32,000 nucleotides of DNA from Promethearchaeum syntrophicum (GTDB lineage Archaea; Asgardarchaeota; Lokiarchaeia; Sigyniarchaeales; Promethearchaeaceae). The notes beneath the pieces are model-generated. The model saw only the letters and a list, made by a program, of their open reading frames with translations, did not search any database and was not told the origin of the DNA. Below, in pieces: positions 17,679 through 26,340 of the stretch; position 1 is the stretch's first letter; each line of letters begins with the position of its first letter. Where the stretch lies: the NCBI RefSeq assembly GCF_008000775.2, contig NZ_CP042905.2, positions 3,060,001 through 3,092,000 of the forward strand, in the 5' to 3' direction. Position numbers and translations under genes: made by a program.

Positions 17679-19931
17679 TTAAGTTCGCACATAAAGAAAC
17701 CGCTTGAACGAAGCCCCATCTGGTAAATGATCTGGCATCTTTTTGCGAGCACGAATTTCCAAAATAAATTTCTCAGAAAACGACTTTGGAACAGGCTCGA
17801 AACCTATAAACTCATACCCGAAAAATGCTCGACCTTGAGTAGCTCCGCGAAAATCGTCAGCTATACCACCAGAAATTTCCGATGCAGGTAATTTACCCTT
17901 TACTCGCATATATGCGCCATCGGGAACAATTTCGGCTATTTGACCACGGTGTTGGGTAAGTACCTTAATTACACCGCCTTCTGAACCATTTGGAGTCTTT
18001 ATATCTACGTGCTGCATTGGTTCGAAGAGTTTAGCGCCCGCATTTAAAAATCCTAATGAAAGATTTGAGTTTATCATTGTAGCTATCTCACCATAGCCCG
18101 TATGAGCTGGATCCGTGTGTACTGTGGCGTCTGTGAAAACAGCTCTTATCCCCATGACTGGTTCCTTGCAAAGAGGCCCTTGAGAAACCCATTCTCTGAA
18201 AGCACCAATAACATACGATTTAATACGATCAAGTCTTTGTAAACCTTTTGAACCATCAATAAGCATATTACCTTCGTAAACATCCCAGATTTTCCGGGCT
18301 TCTTTGGCATCCCATCCGGCTCTTTCTCGGAGCAATCTTGCCATGGTCTTCTTATCGGTCATATCATTAATTTCGCCATCGAGACTCATTTTTGTTGCAA
18401 CTGCATCTAAGGGTTCAACAAACATTTTCATTCGGTTGTGGCCATTAGGTGATTTTGTATACAACACTTGTCCTTTCTCGGTGACCATTTCACGATAAAC
18501 TATGATAGGAGCTCCTACTTTAATCTTAACTTGCTTGTCAATTCTTTTGGTTATGATTTCAATTTGTAATGGATCAATTCCGCTCAGAACATATTCTTTA
18601 GATTCTTTATTTAAACTAAATTTAGCAGTATTATCGGCCATGAGCCATTTATTGGTCACTTCACCGAGTTTAGCCAAGTCTTGTGGATCAACTGGAGTAA
18701 TAGAGCGCGATACGACAGCTTCACAGGAATATTTGATACTTTCAAAGCGTGGGATATCTCCATGGTCTTCAAAAGTTTGAGCATATTCTGATGATACAAA
18801 AGACTCACCTGAGGGACATATGAATCCAAATAGAGCAAAAAGGTTTCCCGCTGGAACTTCTTCCATATCCAAGATATCTGTAATTTCCATAACACCTAAA
18901 CGCTTAACTTTTCGATTTTCTCTTCTGTTCACTAAGTAGATTTTATCCCCTTGATGTAATGTACCAGAAAAGATACGCCCGATTAGAGTTGGTCTAAAAG
19001 ATTTTGGATCAATGAATACTTTCGCAATCATTCCTAATAATTCACCCTTAGGATCTGATTCTTTCAATGATTTTCCGAGATCTGAATCCCAATCAATTCC
19101 TGAAATAATTTCTGGCAATCTGTATCGAGAAGCAGTAACTGGATCTGGTAAATGATCGATAACCATCCGTAAAAGTGCATCATCGAGTGTTAAATGCTTG
19201 CGAAGCCATTCAATATCCCCTTCATTATATTTCTCAAATACATATGTTGGTTTGATATTGTGATCTTTTAAAATTTCCATGGTGAATCCCCAACCATGTT
19301 TAGCCGATCCCAATGCTACTTGACTTTTTGCAAAATCAACTACCCAGTCTTGGCCTTCTGGTTGTAATTCTCGAATTAAATCATTGACACCATTAACAAT
19401 TGCATCAACACGTTGATATACCTCTGCAGGTTCCAATCGTAATTCTGAAATAAGTCGATCTACCTTATTGATAAACAATACTGGTTTACATTTTTCATTT
19501 CCAACACTTAAACGGATGTTTGTTTCTGTTTGAGTCATTACTCCTTCCAATGCATCAACTAATAAAATAGCACCATCAGAGCTTCTTAAAGCTCGAGAAA
19601 CTTCTCCAGTGAATGATAAATGTCCTGGAGTATCATTAATTTGGAAAATATATGGTTCTTCATCGTCTTTTGCCCGATCATCGTTAAAAGCTAATAATAC
19701 GACTGAAGTGAAAATTGTAATTCCACGTGCTTGTTCTTCTTCATCAGAGTCCATGGCTTGCATGGCTCCTGCATCTTCAGGTCGCATCAGACCTGCACGC
19801 TTTAATAGAAAATCGGAAGTTGTAGTTTTACCATGATCAATATGTGCGACGATTGAAAAAATTCTTTTTTTAGCAAAAGCCCCATTTTGTACCATTTCTT
19901 CGATTTCTTTAGGATTTCTAACTTTAACCAT
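17679..19931 (-). CDS. Elongation factor 2 family GTPase (aEF-2 or EF-2 paralog) with an atypical domain-IV loop
   Basis: G1 AHIDHGKTT, G3 DTPGH and G4 NKVDR are intact, and the five-domain EF-2 length (750 aa) is kept. The domain-IV tip reads HTDPAHTGYGE instead of the canonical H-x-D-x-x-H-R-G-x-x-Q. Confidence 0.9.
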   Translation of the reverse strand: MVKVRNPKEIEEMVQNGAFAKKRIFSIVAHIDHGKTTTSDFLLKRAGLMRPEDAGAMQAMDSDEEEQARGITIFTSVVLLAFNDDRAKDDEEPYIFQINDTPGHLSFTGEVSRALRSSDGAILLVDALEGVMTQTETNIRLSVGNEKCKPVLFINKVDRLISELRLEPAEVYQRVDAIVNGVNDLIRELQPEGQDWVVDFAKSQVALGSAKHGWGFTMEILKDHNIKPTYVFEKYNEGDIEWLRKHLTLDDALLRMVIDHLPDPVTASRYRLPEIISGIDWDSDLGKSLKESDPKGELLGMIAKVFIDPKSFRPTLIGRIFSGTLHQGDKIYLVNRRENRKVKRLGVMEITDILDMEEVPAGNLFALFGFICPSGESFVSSEYAQTFEDHGDIPRFESIKYSCEAVVSRSITPVDPQDLAKLGEVTNKWLMADNTAKFSLNKESKEYVLSGIDPLQIEIITKRIDKQVKIKVGAPIIVYREMVTEKGQVLYTKSPNGHNRMKMFVEPLDAVATKMSLDGEINDMTDKKTMARLLRERAGWDAKEARKIWDVYEGNMLIDGSKGLQRLDRIKSYVIGAFREWVSQGPLCKEPVMGIRAVFTDATVHTDPAHTGYGEIATMINSNLSLGFLNAGAKLFEPMQHVDIKTPNGSEGGVIKVLTQHRGQIAEIVPDGAYMRVKGKLPASEISGGIADDFRGATQGRAFFGYEFIGFEPVPKSFSEKFILEIRARKKMPDHLPDGASFKRFLYVRT

Positions 19932-20079
19932 TATAATTGCACCTAAATTTCATTTAGATAAGGAAAAAAATGGATCATATGATTTGAATTTTTGGGATTA
20001 GGAAGAAGTTCGCATAAAATTCGACTATCGCGAATTCTTAAATAAACTACCCACTCTTATTATATAGGGAAAAAATCAC

Positions 20080-21708
20080 ATGACCAATAATGCAATATGG
20101 GAAAACCCAAAATTACTGGGAATTCCTCCTTATAAACGATATGAAATGAAATTACCTCAAACTGCAAGAAAAGGATTCCATAAAAGAATAATTTTAATTT
20201 CGGATACTCACATCTCCACAGACAACAATCCAAGTTTAAATTCGGTCATGTTAAGAAAAGGGATCGAAGAAATCGACCGATATAAGGATGTTGATTATGT
20301 AATTCATTTAGGTGACCTTACTCATGATGGAACCTATTTGGAATACCAACAATCGTTAGATTTAATTCGACGATTGAATAAAGATAATTTTTATATAATC
20401 CCAGGGAACCATGATGCACGGAATGTAGGAGATAAATTATTTGAAGAATTTTTTGGATCTCGTCAGTTTGAAATTGAAGATGAAGATCTTTATATCTTTG
20501 GAGTTGACAGTTCACTTCCCGATAGAAACACAGGGAGAATTGGGAAAATGGCAATTCTAAGAAGCGAAGAGAATTTTTTGGCGCACCAAGATAAAATAAA
20601 AATATTCTGTTTCCATCATCAACTGATCCCAATCCCTCATACAGGGCGTGAACGATCAGCAGTCTTTGATGGAGGAGATGCTTTAGAAATGGCATTAAGA
20701 ACAAATGTTGATATAATTTTGAATGGACATCGCCATATTACCAATATCTATTCTTGTAGCGATGGAAATTCTGATTTACTTATATTCAATTGTGGAACAT
20801 TATCTGCAAATAAAACTCGCTATAAGGAAATGTTCTCCTATACTGTGCTAGATATAAATGAAAAGACTGTTAAATTTACTACTAAGAAACTATTGGATGG
20901 AAGTTTTTTGGAGAGATGGCGTTATATCTCCCAAAAATATCAGCAACCTCAAAAAATTTCTATCAAACCGATAAATACTCTTATTCATATGGGGGTTGTC
21001 AATTTTGGAGAGGGTTTATTTCTACCAGATATTTTCGATGATGGATGTAGGCAAGTAAAAAATTACAATCCAAATTTAATCTGTATGACCGGAAGTTTGA
21101 CGGGACACAATAAAGTGAGTGAATATCAATTTTCTAAGGAAAAATTAGCTGCAATTGAATGCCCTATGCTATTACTTCCAGGTTTTCAAGATTTACAGAA
21201 ATATGGGTGGGATCGGTATGCAGAATTTATGGGATCGTTAGATCCAAAATACAATTCAGAAAGGCTAAGAGTGTACGGGCTAAACGCCATTGATCAACAC
21301 TTAACCGATGGAGCCGTTGGTCGAAGTCGAATGTATGAAATTTGCAAGTATTTTAAAGAAACAAATGATAAAAAGTTGAATATACTTGCTTGTAATCATC
21401 GATTTTTGCCTTCTCCTAAATTGATATTTGAAACAATCTTAGAAGATTCAGGAAGTGTATTAAAAAATTTTACAAATCGGGAAAATAAAATTAAGTTAAT
21501 TTTAATGGGGCGTAATAATAGCAGTTATTCTCTACAAATTGAAGACACAGTCCTATCTTATTGTGGGTCCTTTTGTTCCCAAAATGTGGTGATTAGTAAC
21601 CACCATTCCTTCAATGTGATCAAAACCTATGAAAATGGGCTAACTCAAGTGTATGAGCATTGCATCGAAACGAATAGTTCGAAGTTATTAGGGCAGTTCT
21701 GGCAATAA
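20080..21708 (+). CDS. Calcineurin-like metallophosphoesterase with a duplicated, ligand-depleted second domain
   Basis: Domain 1 carries ISDTHIS, HLGDLTHDG, IPGNHD, FHHQ and NGHRH. Domain 2 has the parallel blocks IHMGVV, MTGSLTGHN, LPGFQD, ACNHRF and MGRNN, with most metal ligands replaced. Confidence 0.8.
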   Translation: MTNNAIWENPKLLGIPPYKRYEMKLPQTARKGFHKRIILISDTHISTDNNPSLNSVMLRKGIEEIDRYKDVDYVIHLGDLTHDGTYLEYQQSLDLIRRLNKDNFYIIPGNHDARNVGDKLFEEFFGSRQFEIEDEDLYIFGVDSSLPDRNTGRIGKMAILRSEENFLAHQDKIKIFCFHHQLIPIPHTGRERSAVFDGGDALEMALRTNVDIILNGHRHITNIYSCSDGNSDLLIFNCGTLSANKTRYKEMFSYTVLDINEKTVKFTTKKLLDGSFLERWRYISQKYQQPQKISIKPINTLIHMGVVNFGEGLFLPDIFDDGCRQVKNYNPNLICMTGSLTGHNKVSEYQFSKEKLAAIECPMLLLPGFQDLQKYGWDRYAEFMGSLDPKYNSERLRVYGLNAIDQHLTDGAVGRSRMYEICKYFKETNDKKLNILACNHRFLPSPKLIFETILEDSGSVLKNFTNRENKIKLILMGRNNSSYSLQIEDTVLSYCGSFCSQNVVISNHHSFNVIKTYENGLTQVYEHCIETNSSKLLGQFWQ

Positions 21709-21893
21709 CACCTCAGTTTAATCCTACTAAACTTAGCGAAAATATTCCGCTAGTTCTCCTTTTTTCGCGCTTGAAAACTTATTAACATTAAGTCTAGTAA
21801 TTCATTATATCCCAGGATAAAAATCACATATCTAAAAAAATATCCAAGCTTATCTTTATTAAAAGTAGTAAATAATAAAATGATGAAATAAAA

Positions 21894-22496
21894 ATGGACA
21901 ATTTAGACCAAAATGATTATAATCTAAGGAAGCAAATGCGCTCAAATATTTTTGATAAAATCCGGGATGGAGTAATAATTATGGATTTAAAAGGTTTTAT
22001 TGTGGATATAAATAAAAGTGTTGAGAAAATAACAGGTTATACTCGAGAAGAAGGACTATCGCGAAGTTGGAAAGATTTTGCTCCTGAGGAGGTGATTAAT
22101 CCGCTTCGAGAAATGTTTCATCAAAATCGGTTATTAACAGACTTTTCCAAGATTTCTGAATTTAAATTCCTTCATAAATCAGGTAAATTTATTCCCATGG
22201 AATGTTTCTTTGATATAATAAACGATAACCATGGTAACATGGAATATGTTGTACTTTTTATTCGTGATATTATTAAGCGAAAAACTTTTGAGGAAAAATT
22301 AGAGAAAACCTTAGATCATTTAAATACACTGAGTGACCTATTACCGATTTGTGCCAACTGTAAAAAAATTCGCGATGATAAAGGTTATTGGGAACAAGTA
22401 GAGACTTATCTCCAGAAACATAGTGATGTCAAGTTTACCCATGGGATCTGTCCCAAATGTGCTAAAGAATTGTATGGGGATTTACTTAAGGATTAA
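21894..22496 (+). CDS. PAS-domain sensor protein with a C-terminal CxxC...HGICPxC module
   Basis: PAS core (IIMDLKGFIVDINKSVEKITGYTREE...). The C-terminus is CANCKKIRDDKGYWEQVETYLQKHSDVKFTHGICPKCAKELY. There is no kinase, HTH or other known output domain. Confidence 0.8.
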   Translation: MDNLDQNDYNLRKQMRSNIFDKIRDGVIIMDLKGFIVDINKSVEKITGYTREEGLSRSWKDFAPEEVINPLREMFHQNRLLTDFSKISEFKFLHKSGKFIPMECFFDIINDNHGNMEYVVLFIRDIIKRKTFEEKLEKTLDHLNTLSDLLPICANCKKIRDDKGYWEQVETYLQKHSDVKFTHGICPKCAKELYGDLLKD

Positions 22497-22502
22497 TTTG
22501 TT

Positions 22503-23651
22503 TTACAATAAAATTTCATAAATGAATTCATCCCAGCAGCTACCTTTAAAATTATTAGGAATAATATCAATATCCTGGGTCTCTACAAATTTATGTAAAA
22601 TATCCAAGCAAAAATCATTACTTTCATCATAAGGACTGCAATTATGAACCCCTCTTTCTTTTCCAGCTGCAGAGGGATCACAGATTACACGAGTTTGCTT
22701 CAATTCTTCATTAGATATGGAATGTTTTAAAAGCCAAAGCAGTGAAAATAGCCAAGGGGATCTAAATTGGCGGACTTTCTCCAATTCATTACTTAATGTA
22801 TTCATCTGAATATTTGCGGGGTTAATAGAAATGGTATCGACATTATTTTCAACACAAATTCGTACCGTTTGAAAAGTGTCGTATATCGCCCCATATTCAT
22901 TAATAAATGGCGGTTTAAATAAAATATAGGCTTTAATTCCGAAATTAAAAGAATGAAGTAAATCAATGGCAGCTAAAAACGAATTAAAATTAAACCCTTT
23001 ATTAATCAAGTTTATTCGAATAAAATCGCTACTTGTTTCCAGCCCCACACCGATTTCTAAATATTTATTCCCGATTAATGGTCTGTATTGTTCTAATATC
23101 TGCTTTGTAATATATTCTGGGCGCGATTCAATGACAATTTCTTTAATTGTGGAAAATTCACCCAGTGTTTTAAGGATTCTTAACTGAATTTCAATTGGGA
23201 TCTCTTTGGGATCGCAAAAACTCCCTGAGGTAAATATTTTAAAAACAATTTTTGAAGATGGATCTTTGAGTAATGATTCATTTTTTGAAAGAGAAACTTG
23301 GAATTGATTCCAATAATTTTCTCCCGTAATGGACTCTGGGGCTCTGTCATTCCAATAACCGCACATAGTACAGCCACCTGATTTGGATTTTGCCCAAGAA
23401 CACGCTGACGAACGAATAATTAGAGTAATTTCAGTCCCCATTCCATTTTTTAATCGTTCTGGTTTGGAAAAAACTGCCACTGGTCGATTTAATTGGGTTT
23501 GCTTGTCGTATTTACGTTTTTTTAAGGGACGATGGCGGAGATATACGAGTTCTTCCCATAATTCTTTTCCAAAATTATCTTGGGTAGCGAGCCACTCTTG
23601 AATTTCTTTTTGCATAAAATATTGATCATTATTGGTATCTTGTAGGGTCAT
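22503..23651 (-). CDS. Radical-SAM protein, probable archaeosine-biosynthesis partner of ArcS (RaSEA-like)
   Basis: Cys cluster ACSWAKSKSGGCTMCGYW (C-x9-C-x2-C) followed by a TIM-barrel-like region. It starts 5 nt after the arcS stop on the same strand. Size is 382 aa. Confidence 0.6.
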   Translation of the reverse strand: MTLQDTNNDQYFMQKEIQEWLATQDNFGKELWEELVYLRHRPLKKRKYDKQTQLNRPVAVFSKPERLKNGMGTEITLIIRSSACSWAKSKSGGCTMCGYWNDRAPESITGENYWNQFQVSLSKNESLLKDPSSKIVFKIFTSGSFCDPKEIPIEIQLRILKTLGEFSTIKEIVIESRPEYITKQILEQYRPLIGNKYLEIGVGLETSSDFIRINLINKGFNFNSFLAAIDLLHSFNFGIKAYILFKPPFINEYGAIYDTFQTVRICVENNVDTISINPANIQMNTLSNELEKVRQFRSPWLFSLLWLLKHSISNEELKQTRVICDPSAAGKERGVHNCSPYDESNDFCLDILHKFVETQDIDIIPNNFKGSCWDEFIYEILL

Positions 23652-23656
23652 TTTGA

Positions 23657-25894
23657 TTACACCTTTTTCCTGTGTTGCTTAATTTTCTTACGCAGTTTGC
23701 AAATCATCCCACTTGTAGCAAGATTCGCATCCGGGGGAGCTTGAACTAATTCACCAACACCCAAATATTTTCCATTTTTATTTACCACAATCATTTCATC
23801 TCCAGGATGGACGGAAGGATCGATTTCTTTTAAAATCGGTCGAAAAACCGTAGTTCCTTGTAAATTCTCCTCATTAATGCTAATTTGATGTTTCCCTAAT
23901 GGAATGAGTAATTCTGCACCCCTAGGAGCTAGTTTAATTAATCCAGTATTGACATATAATCTTCCAACGAGTAATTTGCCTGCACCATCGTATGTATATA
24001 TCTCGTTATATTGAGGCCGTTTTCCTTTGATAATAATAGCACCATTGTTAATTATCAATTCTCCCGCTCCATTCCCGAATTGATAATCCAGAGTAGCTTT
24101 TATAATGATTTCATCTTTGGTTATTTTATTATAATCCTTTGAATTATTGGATGGTGTGTTATCTTGAGAGATACTTTTCAAATTCTCAGAAATTTCAGAC
24201 TCTAAATTATTTAAACCATCATAACTACTGGCACCAAAATCATCGGTTTGGGATATTGAGTAGGTAAAATTGAATTTATTTTTATATTTATTGTCACGTG
24301 AGAGAAATAATTCTGCAATCTCGCACGCTTTTCGATATCCTCCGGTTAGATGGGCGATAACTGTCAATGGTGAATTTTTTTCGAATTCATATTTTTTAAG
24401 CCAATTTGCTAAACATTCGGCCGTGGAGCGAATTTCATAGGCATCCCATTCACCTGTAACAGGAATATCATAGTGAGCAGCAGGAAAAACTTTTTCCAAT
24501 TCGCGCGGTATGACTCCAGTCGGAGATGTAATTATCACTTGATGAATATCGTTATATATTTTCCCTGCAGCTTTTCGTATTGTTTTGATAAATTTTTGGT
24601 GGGATCTTGATTGCGAATACGGTTTTTTGGCTGAACAGGGTAAAATAACAACCATTTTATATTTTTTTGCGGGAGTTATATCATTTTTAACTCGGTTTAT
24701 GAAATTGATAATTTCTGGTCGGGTATAAGATTCTGAACCAATGCACATAACTGGATGTGAATTCATAATTGGAAAACGGAGATTGATTTCTTTAGCATAT
24801 TGGGTGTCGATCGTTCGTAAAAATGCGACTGCTAACGGACTGGAATGGATTTTCCTTTCAATATAGGATCTTATAGTATGATCTGCAATGGATTGTTTTC
24901 CTCGCCATAATTCTCCAATCGCGGAATAAAAATTATGATTTAAAACCAAAGATTTGACTTGAGGAGTCTCTTTTTTCATATTATTTAGATAAGAAATTAA
25001 TTGCTGACAATGTTTACATGAACACAGAGGATAACTCAATTCTCTTAGCCACTTTGTACTCTCTGGAGAAATATATAATCCTTTCATGCCCATTTGAAAT
25101 ATAAAACGCGTGTCAATTATATCAAAACCCATGTAAAGAGCCAAAGCATAATTTTGAGGAAAAATTTTACCACCTGCAATCCACAGTAAATTTGAGGGTA
25201 ATTTTCTTTTTAATTCAATTATCCATTGCAAGATTCTCTTACTTTGCATAAGATTTGCGAAAATATTACGGATACGTATGCCAAAGAGGTGATCTTGATT
25301 ACGTAGAATCCACTCTATAATATATTCCAATATTTTAGGATCTTCTTTAAAGGTAAATTCCAGAATGAATTGATCATCGGGATATTTTTTTAGTAATAAA
25401 TCTTCATACATTCTAAGTCGAGTAGATGTTGCGGCTAGTTCGTAAGATTGATATCTGGTTTCACTTGTATTTGGATAATTATCTGTTAAAATGTATAATT
25501 TCTGATGCATATTTGCTTGATCTTCTGATGTAAATTTTGAAATACGTGGAATTCCCCATAATTGCTTAGTTTCTGAAAAGACAGCTTCCTTTTCTTTTGT
25601 ATCTTCGGTTTTTTTTGTTTCAATTGCTTCCTTTTTTTCATTTTTTTCTTTCATTTCTTTCTCGGAAAAAATTCCTAAAGGATCTTGAATCTCATAACCA
25701 ATCAACTGATTAAAATTGTCTTTGTTTGGAATAAAATTAAAATAATTTAAGGTTTCATCTTTCTCTATACTGTTTAAAATGGTTTTGTTTATTGGGACCA
25801 TCAAATTTGGAGTTTTATACGATCGTTCCCCTAGTTTAATTCTCCCGAAACGAGCGAATCCGAGCTGCGATCTTACATCAAATCTTTGTTTCAT
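23657..25894 (-). CDS. arcS: Archaeosine synthase (ArcS): TGT-like N-domain, PCx3KPY domain, PUA domain
   Basis: TGT-like N-terminus (FDVRSQLGFARFGRIKLGERSYKTPNLMVPI), zinc motif CSCKHC, diagnostic ILPCSAKKPYSQS (PC-x3-KPY), C-terminal PUA-like segment (HPGDEMIVVNKNGKYLGVGEL). Confidence 0.75.
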   Translation of the reverse strand: MKQRFDVRSQLGFARFGRIKLGERSYKTPNLMVPINKTILNSIEKDETLNYFNFIPNKDNFNQLIGYEIQDPLGIFSEKEMKEKNEKKEAIETKKTEDTKEKEAVFSETKQLWGIPRISKFTSEDQANMHQKLYILTDNYPNTSETRYQSYELAATSTRLRMYEDLLLKKYPDDQFILEFTFKEDPKILEYIIEWILRNQDHLFGIRIRNIFANLMQSKRILQWIIELKRKLPSNLLWIAGGKIFPQNYALALYMGFDIIDTRFIFQMGMKGLYISPESTKWLRELSYPLCSCKHCQQLISYLNNMKKETPQVKSLVLNHNFYSAIGELWRGKQSIADHTIRSYIERKIHSSPLAVAFLRTIDTQYAKEINLRFPIMNSHPVMCIGSESYTRPEIINFINRVKNDITPAKKYKMVVILPCSAKKPYSQSRSHQKFIKTIRKAAGKIYNDIHQVIITSPTGVIPRELEKVFPAAHYDIPVTGEWDAYEIRSTAECLANWLKKYEFEKNSPLTVIAHLTGGYRKACEIAELFLSRDNKYKNKFNFTYSISQTDDFGASSYDGLNNLESEISENLKSISQDNTPSNNSKDYNKITKDEIIIKATLDYQFGNGAGELIINNGAIIIKGKRPQYNEIYTYDGAGKLLVGRLYVNTGLIKLAPRGAELLIPLGKHQISINEENLQGTTVFRPILKEIDPSVHPGDEMIVVNKNGKYLGVGELVQAPPDANLATSGMICKLRKKIKQHRKKV

Positions 25895-25959
25895 CAGTTA
25901 AATTCTAAAGGAAAAGGAAAGCAAAAAAATTTTTGATTCTTTGGAAGAATGAAATAGGT

Positions 25960-26211
25960 TTAAAATATCAATTCCCAGGTTATCGGATTGAAAAGATTTT
26001 TCAAGAAAATCCAAAATTGTGTAAAAAACGGGGCAGGCATAAACTCCGTACATACAACCGGATATTCTGAAATATTAATTTTCTCACCTTCTATGGGTGA
26101 ACATGTAAACGTTAACGCGTTTTTCCAAACAATAAATATTATTACCAGAAACACGATAATGCTTAGAAAAAACAATAATATTATAATACCAACTATTTTC
26201 TTTTTTTCCAT
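25960..26211 (-). CDS. Small single-pass membrane protein, hypothetical
   Basis: The track ORF starts at TTG 26256; the ATG at 26211 gives MEKKKIVGIIILLFFLSIIVFLVIIFIVW, a clear N-terminal TM helix. It is on the same strand as its neighbours. A + strand ORF overlaps it (25988..26266), so the call is weak. Confidence 0.4.
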   Translation of the reverse strand: MEKKKIVGIIILLFFLSIIVFLVIIFIVWKNALTFTCSPIEGEKINISEYPVVCTEFMPAPFFTQFWIFLKNLFNPITWELIF

Positions 26212-26340
26212 TTTGATCCCTTTGATGAGAACGAAATTGTTTAAAATTAGATTCAAAGTTATATAAAAACTTATTTGTATTATTTTTTTAAAAGTTCTCG
26301 AAAAGTTTCAAGGGTAAAAAGGTGTGGGAGATAAGCAAGC

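Noticed and set aside
20005-20037. An imperfect inverted repeat GAAGTTCGC ... GCGAATTC in the EF-2 / phosphoesterase divergent spacer
   Set aside because: The arms are short (8-9 nt) with an indel. It is noticeable only because it contains G/C in an AT-rich spacer, and there is no second copy or supporting context.
21735-21768. A stem (GCGAAAA / TTTTCGC) after the phosphoesterase gene as a possible terminator hairpin
   Set aside because: It is only a 7-bp stem with a 19-nt loop, and the T-run forms part of the stem rather than following it. This is too weak to annotate.
25988-26266. A 92-aa + strand ORF overlapping the small minus-strand membrane-protein ORF
   Set aside because: The minus-strand reading gives a clean N-terminal TM helix from an ATG and matches the orientation of all neighbouring genes. 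The + strand product is Asn/Ile/Phe-rich without structure. Both calls remain weak.
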